A DNA stretch of 64,000 nt from Octopus sinensis (GCF_006345805.1 NC_043019.1:14383360-14447359); one strand, 5' to 3'. Positions 38,982-53,164 are shown, counted from the first letter of the stretch. Notes: a model not told the origin generated them from the letters alone. A program made the numbers and translations.

Positions 38982-39048
38982 AGATAGATAGATAGATAGA
39001 TAGATAGACAGATAGATAGATAGATAGATAGACAGATAGACAGATAGG

Positions 39049-39086
<38 letters not shown>

Positions 39087-39119
39087 TATTGATTGATTGA
39101 TTACTCTTACTCTTACTCT

Positions 39120-39519
39120 TTACTCTTTTACTTGTTTCAATCATTTGACTGCGGCCATGCTGGAGCACCGCCTTTAATCGAGCAACTCGATCCCGGGACT
39201 TATTCTTTTGTAAGCCCAGTACTTATTCTATCGGTCTCTTTTGCCGAACCGCTAAGTAACGGGGACATAAACACACCAGCATCGGTTGTCAAGCAATGCT
39301 AGGGGGACAAACACAGACACACAAACACATACACATACATACATATATATATATATATATACGACAGGCTTCTTTCAGTTTCCGTCTACCAAATCCACTC
39401 ACAAGGCTTTGGTCGGCCCGAGGCTATAGTAGAAGACACTTGCCCAAGGTGTCACGCAGTGGGACTGAACCCGGAACCATGTGGTCGGTAAACAAGCTAC
39501 TTAACACACAGCCACTCCT
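39120..39519 (-). mobile_element. Family 1 SINE between (GATA)n tracts
   Basis: Full-length consensus match. Confidence 0.85.
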
Positions 39520-39537
39520 TGATTGATTGATAGATAA

Positions 39538-39611
<74 letters not shown>

Positions 39612-39910
39612 TGAGATAGATAGATAGATAGATAGATGATTTTAATGCAGTTAAATGTATGTCCTGTCATTGAGTGATATATGATCGTGCACAGACACAA
39701 GACACTAATGTTTACAATGGGAAGATATTGTTTTTCTAGTTTTTATGTATGTTGTGAACTTCCATGACATGTTTCATTGCTGTTTGAAGGGAAAGAGAGG
39801 CAGTACAGAGAGTTATCAACCGGAAAACTTTCATGATGAAGAAATGCTTGACAAGTACCAACATTTGCTCAGTAAGTTAATATATATTTTCAGAGTTTTC
39901 GCATGCTCAA

Positions 39911-39941
<31 letters not shown>

Positions 39942-39948
39942 TGCACGA

Positions 39949-40001
<53 letters not shown>

Positions 40002-40155
40002 CGTTAATGAAATATATTCAATGTGTATACAATATACTGTATTTCTAATAAGTGCCCTTTAATAAGAGCAATTATTATATATTATATTATAAAATATGAG
40101 CAGGAAAATTACATCAAAAAATCATCATAGAAGATATAATAATATTGTATTAATA

Positions 40156-40548
40156 TCAGGTCAACCCATAAGTTCTGTCCGAATTTTGAATGAAGAAAAC
40201 AAGTGATCAAATGTTATATTTAATTGAAAATTAATCATCAATGTACTTTCCCTGATTATCTATGACTTTCTTCCATCTATTTAAAAGCTTTTTAATCCCA
40301 TCAATGTAAAACTCTTTTGGTTTCAAAGCGAAGAACTCTGAAATGTCAGCTTCGACCTCTTCCTGACTTGCGAAAGTTATATCCTCCAAATGATTCTGTA
40401 AACTACGAAACAAATGGTAGTCTGAAGGAGCAAGGTCGGGAGAATAAGGTGGATGAGGAATTTTTTCCCAACCAAGCTCTTTGATCTTCTGTGATGTGAT
40501 CATTGCAGTGTGGGTTGTGCATTGTCCTGATGAAACATCACTCCTTTT
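40156..40548 (-). mobile_element. Mariner 3' half with terminal inverted repeat
   Basis: WEKIPHPPYSPDLAPSDYHLFRSLQNHL...GIKKLLNRWKKVIDNQGKYIDD*; TA-tcaggtcaacccataagttctgtccg end. Confidence 0.9.
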
Positions 40549-40789
40549 CAATTCACTAAAGCGGGTCTCACTTGTCCTGCCGGGTCTTCTCACACACAGC
40601 ATATTTTCAAAGGTAATATACATCCATGGTAAAATCCACTGTGGTAATCCATAATGGCTATGTGTAAATATAAATTCCATAATTCTGTTCTCTTCAATGT
40701 GTGATCCATAAATGCAGAAAATAAAGTAGTTAAATTTTTGCCTTTTATAGTTGTATATACAAGACTGGATGATGTCATTGTTATACTTT

Positions 40790-43280
40790 ATGCAAATATA
40801 AAAATAGCCGTTTACTGACCCAATATAGAGTAAATTAATGTAATATTTAAATTATTATATTTAAAACCAATTTATTGTACTTTAGAGGTGTACAGGTTCA
40901 AATTTCATGAAGACATATTTCTGGCATTCATCTAATGGATAATTTATACTATGTGAATATGTGTATACTCAAAATAATTCAAATTCAGTTTTCATTTTTC
41001 TTACTTGTAACAATCCTACTGTTATGATGATACCACGATGTGACAAATAAGATATTAATGTGAATTTTTACTTGATCTCTTATAGTGTTTAAAAGTTTTA
41101 TAAAACCTATGTCTACATGTGGATAACGCTTCCGATTGGCAATTAATTAAATTATTTTGTTTATATAATAATATGTGTAACAATTCTTTTGTACAAAGAC
41201 GGCAGATAGAAGACATATGTGTATATGGTGGAGCTGAGTCTATGACCGACCAGGATAATTTATAGCTAACATTTTTTTGTTTGAGTTTATGTATATATGT
41301 CGCCAATGAAGTAGTGTTACTCGTTATATTCGGGTTAAATGAATGTATATGTGCTAAAGACCTTCGTTTAAAGTTAATAGGGCTCCCTATATATATACCA
41401 CATTGTATGAGTTATTAGTTTTTGTAACAGTGCACTTATATATCACGTTGAACAGCTACATTTGCCTTCTAAAGGACATAATTTTTTTTAATTTTTACAT
41501 GTGCGATATTTAGTTGTATATTTCTTTTCTGTGGTATAATATTTAATACTGTTATGATTATTTGTTATGGTGTGTGGTGTTATATTTGAATTTGTTGGGG
41601 AACCATTTATAATAGAATCAAGTATATTTACAGTTTGTGTGTTATTGTTATTAGATTGTGGCACTGGATTACCCAAATCATATTGTATATTTTGAGATGT
41701 ATGATTATTGGAATTTTGAGATTTTGTTAATGTTATAGTATTGCTATGTATTCTCGTAATGATATCTATTGAACTAGTATTATGTTGAGTATTATTTGGT
41801 ATTCAGGACTAGTGTCTGTTTCATTACTAGTATTATTGTTGTTATTATTATTTCTTAAACTATTTTTATGTTTATTAAGTTTTCGTCTATTAGAGCTGGT
41901 GATAATTGATCCTATGTTCGGCAATGTAGAAAAAGATATTTTCATTGTTGATCTATTTAAAATATGGTGATACTTATAATTATTAGGAAAGCTATTTTTG
42001 ACTATGTTTAGAAATTGTTTTGCTAATCCTTTAACATTTTTTGAAAATGGGGGTGTGTACCAAATTATTTCCCTATTTTCACTGCTACTACGTAAATTAT
42101 CATAGTTATATACTGATTTTGGAATTTGCAAAGTATTTCCTGAATGTTTTTTGTTATTACTATATTTGATTCTATGTCTAACATAACATTTTCTAAGTTT
42201 TTTGTCATGTTTTACAGAGGTTCATCTTTTTGTATTGATTGAATATTATTATTATTAGAGGTAAGGTTAGCTGTATTTCTTAGTTTAGTATTATGTGTAG
42301 TTTGGTTTAGTTCCATTTGTGTTATATAAATCTTAAGTTTTGTGTCTTTTATATATTTAATATTTTGTTTAAATCCACCTGCACCTAAAGCTTGCTTATA
42401 ATAGCTTGCATGATTATTGAATATTTCTTCATTATAGGCTAGATCTGAGATTCTAATAGATATACTATTTACAATGCTATTAAGTAATGATACATGGTGG
42501 TTAGAATGAATGTTTATATATTTGAGGAATTCATTAGGTTTATGGAAAGGAGAATAAGTAGAGGTATTTAGGTCCAGAGTTACATCTAAGAAATTTACTT
42601 TACAATAGCTTTTTTCAAAGGTAATAGATAAACCAAAGGTTTTATAAAATTTACGCAGTTCTTCCCTCATTTTCCCTATTTTTCTTTTAGATCAGCCATT
42701 ATATACCAGGATAGTGTCGTCTCTATATAATCTTCCTTTGAGAGAAGGGAAACATCGTCTGATCTTTTGTAATAGATATAAGCCTACCAAGTCAGTAATT
42801 TGTGCAGAATCAGAGGATCCCATGGTGATAGCAAATAAATTATTATTTGCAGCATGGCACCATAATTTAGCATTAAATTTGATAAGTGTTTTTATAGCTA
42901 GTAGTATTATATCAATTTCAAGTGGTGTAATATCAGAGAGACTTCTAGCTAAAATTATAGCTTTATTTAATATAATCGGTAGTATAGATGCATAATAGCT
43001 ATTAATGTCAAATTGTAAGGACAAGTTGGCCTTATTTGGTAGTAAATGAGAACCAAGTTATAACTTCTCCTGTGCTAAACCAAAGGTTACAATTGAGTTT
43101 TTTCTTCACTATAGGTATAATTCTGTCAAATATATTTTGACTGATTCTGGCAACGTCCGACTTGTTTGAACAAATTAATCTTATAGTCGAATTAATATTG
43201 AAATCAGATTTGTGGTCCTTTACATTAAAGTGCGGTGGGTTCAGAGTGTATATTTCCATGCGGTCTTCGACATCTTTTCC
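40790..43280 (-). mobile_element. Penelope-like element A (YRDD-type RT + GIY-YIG), decayed
   Basis: TMGSSDSAQITDLVGLYL, LYRDDTIL, VNFLDVTLDL, WYTPPFSKNV, CPLEGKC..VIYKCTV, C-terminal CRLCTKE...CRH across frameshifted ORFs. Confidence 0.85.
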
Positions 43281-43339
43281 GTAAATTTTTAAATAGCATT
43301 CGAATGACTACACGGAAATTCACCCTGTTTCTCTCTGAC

Positions 43340-44219
43340 AAGTGGATGTATTACACATCCATATATGCACACACATACACACCACCCAGATAAACCCAAC
43401 ACACATGGACACACAGAACCCCTGATAAATACAACACACTTACACACACATACACATCCACACATACCCACACACATACATATGCACCCTGACACACACA
43501 TAAGGTTGCTTACATACACACACACCACAATGACAATTAAAACACAAACTCAGACAGACACAACACACACACTCACACACACACACATAACATCCCCACC
43601 AACACAAAAAACAAACAAACATACATGCGCACACATACACATATGCAAATACACACATATACACACACATGTGCACACACAACACCATCACAAATACCAA
43701 TCACACACATATATACACACACACAATACCAAGACAACCATAACAACACAAACATACTAAGACAGAGATACACACACACTCACGTACACACACATAATAT
43801 CCCCACTAACACAGAAAACACACAAGCATACACTTGCACCAACAAACGCACACATACACACACGCGAACAAACAAATACACACACTTGCGCACACACAAC
43901 ACCCTTACAAATATTAATCACACACAAACGTGCACACATCATCCTACCAAATATTAAACACACACAGACACATTTACATACACCACAATAAACCCTGGGA
44001 CCAATCAAAAACAGCCCACACACAGATACACAAACACATGTATATATACACACACGGACACGCACACTCACACCATTCTGACCTCTCAGACCAGTCCCAA
44101 AAACCACTGAACCACGAAACATATATTGAAAGTAAAGGAATTTTATTAACATCTTCGTTCAACTCCATTTATTTATTTATTCATATATATATATATATAT
44201 GTGTGTGCGTGCGCACGTG

Positions 44220-44250
<31 letters not shown>

Positions 44251-44275
44251 ATATATATATATGTATATATATAAA
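43340..44275. repeat. Degenerate CA-rich low-complexity tract
   Basis: Direct reading; source of His/Thr and Cys/Val pseudo-ORFs. Confidence 0.85.
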
Positions 44276-44278
44276 TAA

Positions 44279-47010
44279 ATCCAACTTCTGTCAAAAGGAC
44301 TGAAATTCATACCTACACCAACAGCCAACCACCAAGAATTAAAGGAGGATATCCAAAAATTCTGTCGAAAATTACGACTTGTAGAATTCTTCGCTAACAA
44401 AAGTAATGAGATTGATGAATCCCTAGTAAGGAATAAATCAAATTTCACCCCACCAAAAGGAAGAAATAACTACCTTGACCAATACATTGATATCCTGTCT
44501 AAATTTCCCCTTAGACGCAATACCAATGTTAGGCCAAACATTAACAAATCAGAGATGTCTGCATGTAAACGTATACAAAACGATCAAACAATAATAATTA
44601 AACAAGCAGATAAATGTGGTGCAATTGTTATTATGGATACCGAATACTATAAGGATTTGGTTGAGGACCAACTGAAGGACACAACCTTCTATTGTGAAAT
44701 ACCCTCAAATATAGACCACCACATCATGAAAAAGATCAACAACCTGATCTCAAAACACTACAACTCACTTACCGATAATGAAAGAGACTACATAAACCAA
44801 TTTCGAACCAAAACCCAGCAACTTCTACGGCTTACCGAAAATACATAAATCAAAAGATATTCAACAGGCAGTAAAAGAACAAGAAAGTGAGTACATAAAA
44901 TTACTACATCCAAAAAACCTAAAACTTAGACCTATTATAGCTGGTCCAGCATGCCCTACCCACCGTCTAAGCAATTTTATTGACATTGTTTTGAAACCAC
45001 TATGTACTTACATACCCAGTTTCATCAGGGATGACATCGACTTCCTGTCCCATCTTCCCAAAACAACAGAAACAAATTCAGTTTTACTAAGTTTTGATGT
45101 GGTAAGCCTCTACACCAATATTCCACACGATTTAGGAATAAAGGCGATTAAATACTGGTTAGAAAAACATAGAGAAGTGATTCCCAGCAGATTCACAGTA
45201 CCATTTATATTAGACACAGTCAAACTTATTCTAGAAAACAACACATTCTTCTTCAATGGAAAGAATTACATCCAAATTAGAGGCACGGCGATGGGAACGA
45301 GGTTTGCTCCCGTTTACGCCAACTCTGTAATGGGATACTTAGAACAACAACTCTACCAAGAGGTGGAGGTAAACTATGGCACTGGATTTAGAAAGTTATT
45401 GAAAAGGCATGGAAGAGATACCTTGACGACTGCTTCATAATCTGGACAGAATCTCTAAATACTCTGGAAGAGTTCAATATCCTCCTGAACAACCTACACC
45501 CATCTCTCCAATTTACAAAGGAGATGAGTAGTACCAAATTGCCATTCCTAGATATAATGATAATTAAAAAAGACACCACCATCACCACAGATATATACTA
45601 TAAAGACACAGACACACATCAATACCTAAATTTTAAGTCATGCCATCCACCACATACAAAACGCAACATCCCATACTGCCTAGCCAGAAGAATTTGTACC
45701 ATTATAGACGATGCAAATATCAGGAAAAAACGCCTAACAGAACTAAGAGAATTTTTGCACAAACAAAAATACCCATCTCTACTTATAGAAAATGGCATAC
45801 AGCGGGCTATAAAAATACCCATACAACAACTTAGGACAACCCAAGGAAGAGGAAAACAAGAACAAGTCATACCATTCATAGTGACACACAACCCATGTCA
45901 CCAGAATATCTTCAACATTGCCAAAGCAAACCTACCAATCATTACCCAAAGTAATGAATTAAAAGACATAATCACGGATCGAGCTATGGTTCCTAGTAAA
46001 AGACAGCCTAAAAACTTGAAAAAATTACTAACAAAGGCAAAATTTGACCTTAGCAACAAAGACCAAACATTCACTGTATCTAAATGCAATGATAGCCGAT
46101 GTGGCACATGCCAATTCATACATACCGGCCAATATATAAACACAAAAACCGGGAAAATATTCACAAACGCGAATATGAACTGCAAAAGCAGAAATTTAAT
46201 TTACTGCATCAAATGCCCAAATTGTGAAGAAATATATGTAGGTCAGACGGGAAATGCACTATCAGAACGCTCACGTGTATACCGACAACAAATTAGAGAC
46301 CCAGAGGTCCGTCAGATACCTTTGAGTAACCACCTAGCAACATGTGGTCGGAAAATATATATAATATTTCCATTCTACAAATTACACTGCCCAAGTAAAA
46401 TCGAGAGGAAATCAAAGAAAAGAATTTTATTGATAAATTCGAACCCAAGCTAAATAAGCAATAATAATAATACTTAGATAGCAGGAAAATTATCTTATTT
46501 AGGGTTAAAAGTTCTATTGCCACCACCATCACCGCTAGCAACAATAATTAAGGTGCTGACAATGATGATGATGACAATTGAAATATAAAAATATAAAAAT
46601 CTCTGACAAAGGCTATTTACAACATTTCTAAAAATAGCCCAACAATTGCTGCCTCGGCCAGGGTTAAGATACAGGACTCTTGACATGTCCAACAAAGCGT
46701 GACGCCTAAACCAATCAGCTTGAGTAATTGAGTGATACTACACACTGATTGGTCAGAATACAGTTTGCAAAACCTAACAATATGGAGCCCACACAGCTGT
46801 ATTTAAGGCACAGATTCAATCATCTCGTTACAGCCAAAATTGTGAAGCATGACTGTCACCACTACTTCATGAACCTGAAGATTGCAGAATTTAATGCATG
46901 AAAGTACTAGTTCAATCAGAATGAACATTTAACATTCTATTATCTTTTTATTTTATTTTATTATATTATATTATATATCATTATAAGATTGTAAATAAAA
47001 CGTGAAAATC
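44279..47010 (+). mobile_element. Penelope-like element B (YLDD-type RT + GIY-YIG) with 3' pseudo-LTR, frameshifted
   Basis: LLSKGLKFIPTP, IKQADKCGAIVIMD, GTAMGTRFAPVYAN, RYLDDCFIIW, NLIYCIKCPNCEEIYVGQTG. Confidence 0.92.
46870..46914 (+). ncRNA. Minimal type I hammerhead ribozyme in the Penelope pLTR
   Basis: UGAAC-CUGAAGA-U-UGCA(gaauuuaa)UGCA-U-GAA-AGUACU-A-GUUCA; predicted cleavage after 46909 (CUA). Confidence 0.85.
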
Positions 47011-47139
47011 AGACAAGGTTGGAAATCCTTTTATTAATATATATATGAAAAATGCCTAAAAAGTGATCACCACAACAACCCTCTTCTTTTCAGGCACTGA
47101 ATTACATCCCTCCTCCCCAAACCTCACCCCACATTACCT

Positions 47140-50100
47140 TCTCAGTTTTCAGATTTGGCACTGTCAATGTTGGTACACTGAAAGGTAGGTCTAGTGAGAT
47201 TGTAGAGATGCTTGAAAGAAGACGGGTTGATGTATGCTGCATACAAGAGGTAAGATGGAGAGGTGCTTCAGCTAGGGTCCTCAAAGGCAAGACACATAGA
47301 TATAAAGTCTTCTGGCATGGTAACATGGATGGTGTAGGAGGTGTAGACATTCTCCTTGTGGAGAAATGGGTGGATAAGATCATTGAGTTTGTCAAGGTAT
47401 GCGATAGAGTGCTCAAGCTCAAGTTAGTCCTACAGAACGGCACAGCTACGATTATCTCCGCCTATGCCCCACATGCAGGGCTACCAAATGATCAGAAGAA
47501 CCACTTTTATGATACCCTTCTATAGGCTACCTCAAAGACGAGTGGCAAGAACCTCATCTTTGTGGCTGCAGAATTTAATGGGCATGTTGGGCGGGAATCG
47601 GGTATCTTTACTGGGGTACACGGTGGCCATGGTATTGGCACCCGAAATGATGAGGGAACTTGACTACTGGAATTCTGTGATGCATGTAACCTTTTAATCT
47701 GCAACACTAACTTCAGGAAGCCAGACTGCCACCTTATAACCTATCAGTCAGGGGACTCCGCTAGCCAAATAGACTTCATCCTCACCAGACAGCGGGATGC
47801 AGGGTTGCTCATAAATACAAAGACCCTCCCGGGTGAAGAATGTACCCCTCAGCATAGGCTAGTCATTAGTAACTTTATGCTTGAGACCAGAAGGATACCA
47901 AGAAGCAGACCAATCCAGAAAAGAAGGATTTGGAAGCTAAAGAACCCTTCACATGGTCAGAGATTTAGGGACATCCTCATCTTTTGAAGAAAGGGAGGAG
48001 GAGCTACAGACGTCAGACATAGAAGGTAGCTGGAAATCCCTACGGGACAGCTTGCTGAGTGCCACAGACCAAGTCTGTGGATGGTGCAAAGTCTCTTCCA
48101 GACCTAGAGTTACGTGGTGGTGGAATAATACAGTAGACAAAGCCATTAGAGCAAAGGGAACTGTACCAGATAGCCAAAAGGGAGGCTGGGTGACAGGTAT
48201 ACATAGCCAAGGGTTAAGCAAACAAGAAGAAGTTTGCCAATGTCCAGCGACGTGAGGACCAACGAACTGAGGTATTTTGGATTGCAAGACAATGTGCGAG
48301 AGAAAATAGTGATGTCACAGGAGAGAAATGCGTTCGCATGGATGATGGTGCACTTTCTTTCAATGTTTCTGAAAAGAAAAAGGCTTGGAGAAACCATTAT
48401 GAGAGACTGCTGAATGTGGAGAATGAATGGGAGGAGGAGAGCCTGCCAAATGTTGACCCAGTAGAGGGACCAGCTGCTCCCTAGTAGTTAAGGCAATTAA
48501 GGGTGTGAAACCAGGAAAAGCCCCTGGCCCATCAGGAATCACTGCTGAGATGCTTAAAACATCTGGTTGTGTGGGCTATGGCCTAGTCACCCGCATTGTA
48601 AACCAGGTAGTTCATAATGGAGTCATACCCAATGACTGGCGTAGCAACACCATAATCAACTGCTACAGGGGTAAAGGTGATGCTCTAGATAGAAATTACT
48701 ACAGGGGTATTAAACTGTTGGATCAGGTGATGAAGGTCACAGAGAGGGTCATAGCCCATCTCATTAGGGAGAGAATTTGCTGAGATGAGATGCACTTCAG
48801 TTTTTAGGATAGACGCACCATGATGCCATATTCCTGGTGACAACTGCAGGAGAAGTACCTAGCTGAAGATAAACCCCTCTACAGCTTTCGTGGAGTTGTT
48901 GACAGAGTCCCCCGATCCCCTATCTGGTGGGCGATGCGGAAACTGGAGATTGGCGAATGGTTAATAAGGGCTGTACAGGACCTATACAGAGAGGCTGTCA
49001 GCAAGGTTAGGATTGGCAATGAGTATAGTGAAGAATTCCGGGTAGAAGTAGGGGTCCACCAAGGTTCAGCCCTCAGTCCCCTTTTATTCATCATAGTCCT
49101 CCAAGCAATAACAGAGGAATTCTAAACAGGTTGCCCCTGGGAGCTCCTCTATGCTGATGACCTGGCCCTCATAGCAGAATCACTACCGGAACTAGAAAAG
49201 AAATTTCAGCTGTGGAAGCAAGGTTTAGAATCAAAGAGCCTTAGAGTAAATGTAGCAAAGACCAAAGTTATAGTAAGCAGAAAGGTGAACTCATCACACA
49301 CCCACACGGGCAGGTGGCCCTGCTCGATCTGTAGGAAAGGTGTAGGTAGAAACTCCATAAGATGTACCCAGTGTAAGCTATGGACACATAAGAGGTTCAG
49401 TAACATCAAAGGAAAATTAACTGATAAGATAGCTTTCATGTGCGGCAGATGCACAGGGGAATAGACACCACAGATACTCAGAAAACAGATTCCATCACAC
49501 TCCAGGGGAAGAAACTAGAAGTAATTGATAGTTTCCGATACCTAGGTGACCAAGTTAGTAGTGGAGGTGGATGCTCAGAGAGTGTCACCACTAGAATACG
49601 AATAGCCTGGGCAAAGTTTAGAAAGCTCCTACCCCTACTGGTGACAAAGGGTCTCTCGATCAGAGTGAAAGGTAGATTGTATGATGCATGTGTGCGAACC
49701 GACATGCTTCACGGTAGTGAAACATGGGCTGTGACTGCAGAGGACATGTGTAGACTTGAAAGAAATGAAGCTAGCATGATCCGCTGGATGTGTAATGTCA
49801 GTGTGCACACACGACAGTGTAAGCACCCTGAGAGAAATGCTGGACATAAGAAGCATCAGATGTGGTGTGCAAGAACGGCGCTTGCGATGGTATGGTCATG
49901 TACTGCGGATGGATGAAGAGAGATGTGTGAAGAAGTGCCACTCCCAAACAGTTGAAGGAATCAGGGTAGAGGTAGACCCAGGAAGACATGGGATGAGGTA
50001 GTCAAGCATGACCTCCGAGCGTTGGGCCTCACAGAGGCAATGATGAAGGACCGAGATCTCTGGAGATATGCTGTAACTGCAAAGACCCGGGCTGCTTCCT

Positions 50101-50746
50101 GCACCAGTTTCGCATAGCCCCTGCCCATTCAAAGTACCTTGGATTGCAGAACGACCTGCTGTGCTTACCTTGGATCGTAGACTGACCTGCTGTGCTCGAG
50201 GAGACCTATTGAGTTAAGTACATAAACATCGAAATAAATATCAAATGGAAATTGTAGTTACGATATCTGTCCTGGTGGCACATAAAAAGCACCATCCGAA
50301 CGTGGCCAATGCCAGCGCTGCCTTGACTGGCTTCTGTGCCGGTGGCACATGACCTGCTGTGCTTGAGGAGACCTATTGAGTCAAGTACATCAAGATCGAA
50401 ATAAATATCAATGGAAATAATAGTTGTGATACCTGTGCCGGTCGCACGTAAAAAGCACCATCCGAACGTGGCTGATGCCAGCGCCGCCTTGACTGGCTTC
50501 TGTGCTGGTGACACGTAAAAGAGCACCAACCAATCGTGGCCGCTGCCAGCCTCCCCTGGCACCTGTGCCAGTGGCACGTAAAAAGTACTCACTACACTCA
50601 CGGATTGGTTGGCGTTAGGAAGGGCATTGAGCTGTAGAAACACTGCCAGATCATATTGGAGCCTGGTGCAGCCTCCTGGCTTCCCAGACCCCGGTCGAAC
50701 CATCCAACCCGTGTTAGCACGGATAACGGACGTTAAACGATGATGA

Positions 50747-50749
<3 letters not shown>
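47140..50749 (+). mobile_element. RTE-clade LINE, near full-length ORF (many stops/frameshifts) plus ~700-bp 3' UTR
   Basis: APE: GTVNVGTL..RVDVCCIQEVRW, ISAYAP, SQIDFIL; RT: NYRGIKLL, VGVHQGSALSPLLF, LYADD; (GAT)n tail. Confidence 0.92.
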
Positions 50750-50785
<36 letters not shown>

Positions 50786-50792
50786 ACACACA

Positions 50793-51370
50793 TACAGGGT
50801 GTCCTAAAAGTCACTGATGAGTTTTAATTTTTAATAACTTCCTTAAGTTTATAAACAAATGCATGAAAGTTTGATACAATATAAAGGACATAAGGGAAAT
50901 TAATCTGCACAAGTCAAATTTTGCAACACCACTACATCGCATATGAAACATGACATTGTTTAAATGTCAACCACTTTCAGCTTCACATGCCCATGCACTT
51001 TCCAAAACTTGCACCGTAACACCCTCAAGAATTTCAGACACCACTCTTCTGATTTCTCTATTGATGTTCTTCTTCAGTTGCACCAGGGTCTCCTGTTTGT
51101 TGACATAAAACCTCTCTTTCAGGTATCTATGGTTGAGACCTTTTGCGCCTGACTATTCAAAGTAGACCTCACATATGGTTCCAGCAAGATGCGGCAACTG
51201 CTCATGCCACAAGAGAAACAATGCTGTTGCTATGGCAGTGATTGGAGAGAGAATAATTTTACACAACATCAATAACAATTGGCATTCACATGCTCCAGAA
51301 TTGACTAGCCTGGATTTTTTCTTGTGGGGATATCTGAAAGAGAGGGTTTATGTCAACAAACCAGAAACCC
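50793..51370. mobile_element. Tc1/mariner remnant with internal inversion
   Basis: TA-CAGGGTGTCC end; DFFLWGYLKERVYVNKP on plus strand (51290-51370), YLKERFYVNKQETL continuing to the C-terminus on minus strand (51127 to ~50940). Confidence 0.7.
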
Positions 51371-51560
51371 CCTTAAATCTTCTCACCATAGCAACCGCAC
51401 CTTCCAGATGGGGAGTTTTAACCTACTCAACTCTTTGCCTCATCACGCCTTCTATGCCTGTGTCAATTTTCAGCTCGATCTGACCACTGCTGTGGCTGCC
51501 AACCTCTGACGTAGCAAAACATGCACACAAGTTTGACCCAAAGCCTCTTTTATATATATA

Positions 51561-52085
51561 GATAGCAGAGAAACCCGGTCTTGCTCGGGATTAAAATAGT
51601 TTATCAACGTTGTATTTGTTTCGGTATTATAACTTGATTTCATTCGGATCTACATGGGCCACACTTTAAAGATGAGGAATTTTGCCATAGAGGCCACACC
51701 TTTCAATTGAGCAAACTCAAAGTTGCCATGCAAACTCGCCAGGACTTTTAACATAGGTTTGCAAATTTTCAACTGAATCCTACCATATTTACTAACACTT
51801 TTGCCTGTATAACTGCCTGTGAGACAACGTCTGCCCTTTTCACAAATATGTAGTAGACCTACAGAGATACCCGACTTTACTTGAGATTAAAATGGTTAGT
51901 TTTTCATTGTTTTACTTGTTTGGTTAATATAAGCCGATTTCATTCAGGTGTAATCGGGCCACATTTTAAAAGATGAGGAATTTTGTCTTAGAGGTCATGC
52001 CTTTCATTTGAGGAAAAAAATAGTTGCCATGCAAACTCGCCAGCACGTCTAACATAGGTGTGCGTATTTTCAGCTCAACCGACCA
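51561..52085 (-). mobile_element. Two tandem ~300-bp Helitron-like 3' fragments
   Basis: tagcagagaaacccggtcttgctcgggattaaaat and ctacagagatacccgactttacttgagattaaaat; same tip at 23884-23925. Confidence 0.55.
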
Positions 52086-52161
52086 CATAATGCACACATA
52101 ATATATATATATATATATTTATATATATGCATTAAATATATATATGTACATATTTATGCAT

Positions 52162-52206
<45 letters not shown>

Positions 52207-52849
52207 TGTGTATACGCATTATATACACAAATGTATACAAATTAAATATAAATATATATATATATATATATATAAGTACAGATATATACACTTTGTATAT
52301 ATACATTATATATACATATTTATATATAGATACAGACAGATACATACACACATATATAAATTAACCCAATAAATATCTGATTCATAATATTTGTTCTCAT
52401 GATTGTGTGGTGGTGGTGGTGCTAATAAGATGTGTTACAGAGTTCAACCAATATATCTCTCTTTATTTGTTCTCTACTTATTATTTCCTTACCCCTTCTC
52501 TTCCTAGTGTCTGCCTTTGACGTCGAATCTACTAACGATATTTTTTAAAATACTCAATAACATTCTGTTTATCATTTATGCAGTCATCAAAATTGTTTTA
52601 ATGTCTTGTTGTTGAGATAGGGTCTCTTTCTTTCCCGATGAAAAGATTGCATTTACACCGTTTATTCCTTTGGAATAAAACTAATGTTGTCTTCGAAACA
52701 TATGTCGAAAGTAAAAGAATTTGAATAGCATCTGCGTTCAACTCCATTTATTTACTAATACTACACAAATTACTGCACATTAACCCATAGATTCTACTTT
52801 TGAATAGGTCACCTTTTTATGTTCTTAACATGCTCTTGTCACCAAAGTA

Positions 52850-53123
52850 TGCTCTTGTCACCATCTGATCGAGGCCGTTTGCCAGCCTCGCCTGGCCTCT
52901 GTGCCGGTGGCACGTAAAAAGCACCATCCGACCGTGGCCGTTTGCCAGCCTCGTCTGGCACCTGTAAAAAGCATCCACTACACTCATGGAGTGGTTGGCG
53001 TTAGGAAGGGCATCCAGCCGTAGAAACATTGCCAGATCAGACTGGGCCTGGTGCAGCCTTCTGGCTTCACAGACCCCAGTTGCACCGTCCAACCCATGCC
53101 AGCATGGAAAGCGGACGCTAAAC

Positions 53124-53164
<41 letters not shown>

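Noticed and set aside
40525-40540. cctgatgaaac as a hammerhead core (also 38452)
   Set aside because: No stem II; lies within mariner sequence
40900-40945. Hammerhead in the 3' region of Penelope A
   Set aside because: Core reads UAGAUGA and stems I/III do not pair convincingly
47102-50132. Antisense ORFs over the RTE, Penelope, Tx1 and glycosyltransferase regions
   Set aside because: Shadow ORFs of real coding sequence; no independent motifs
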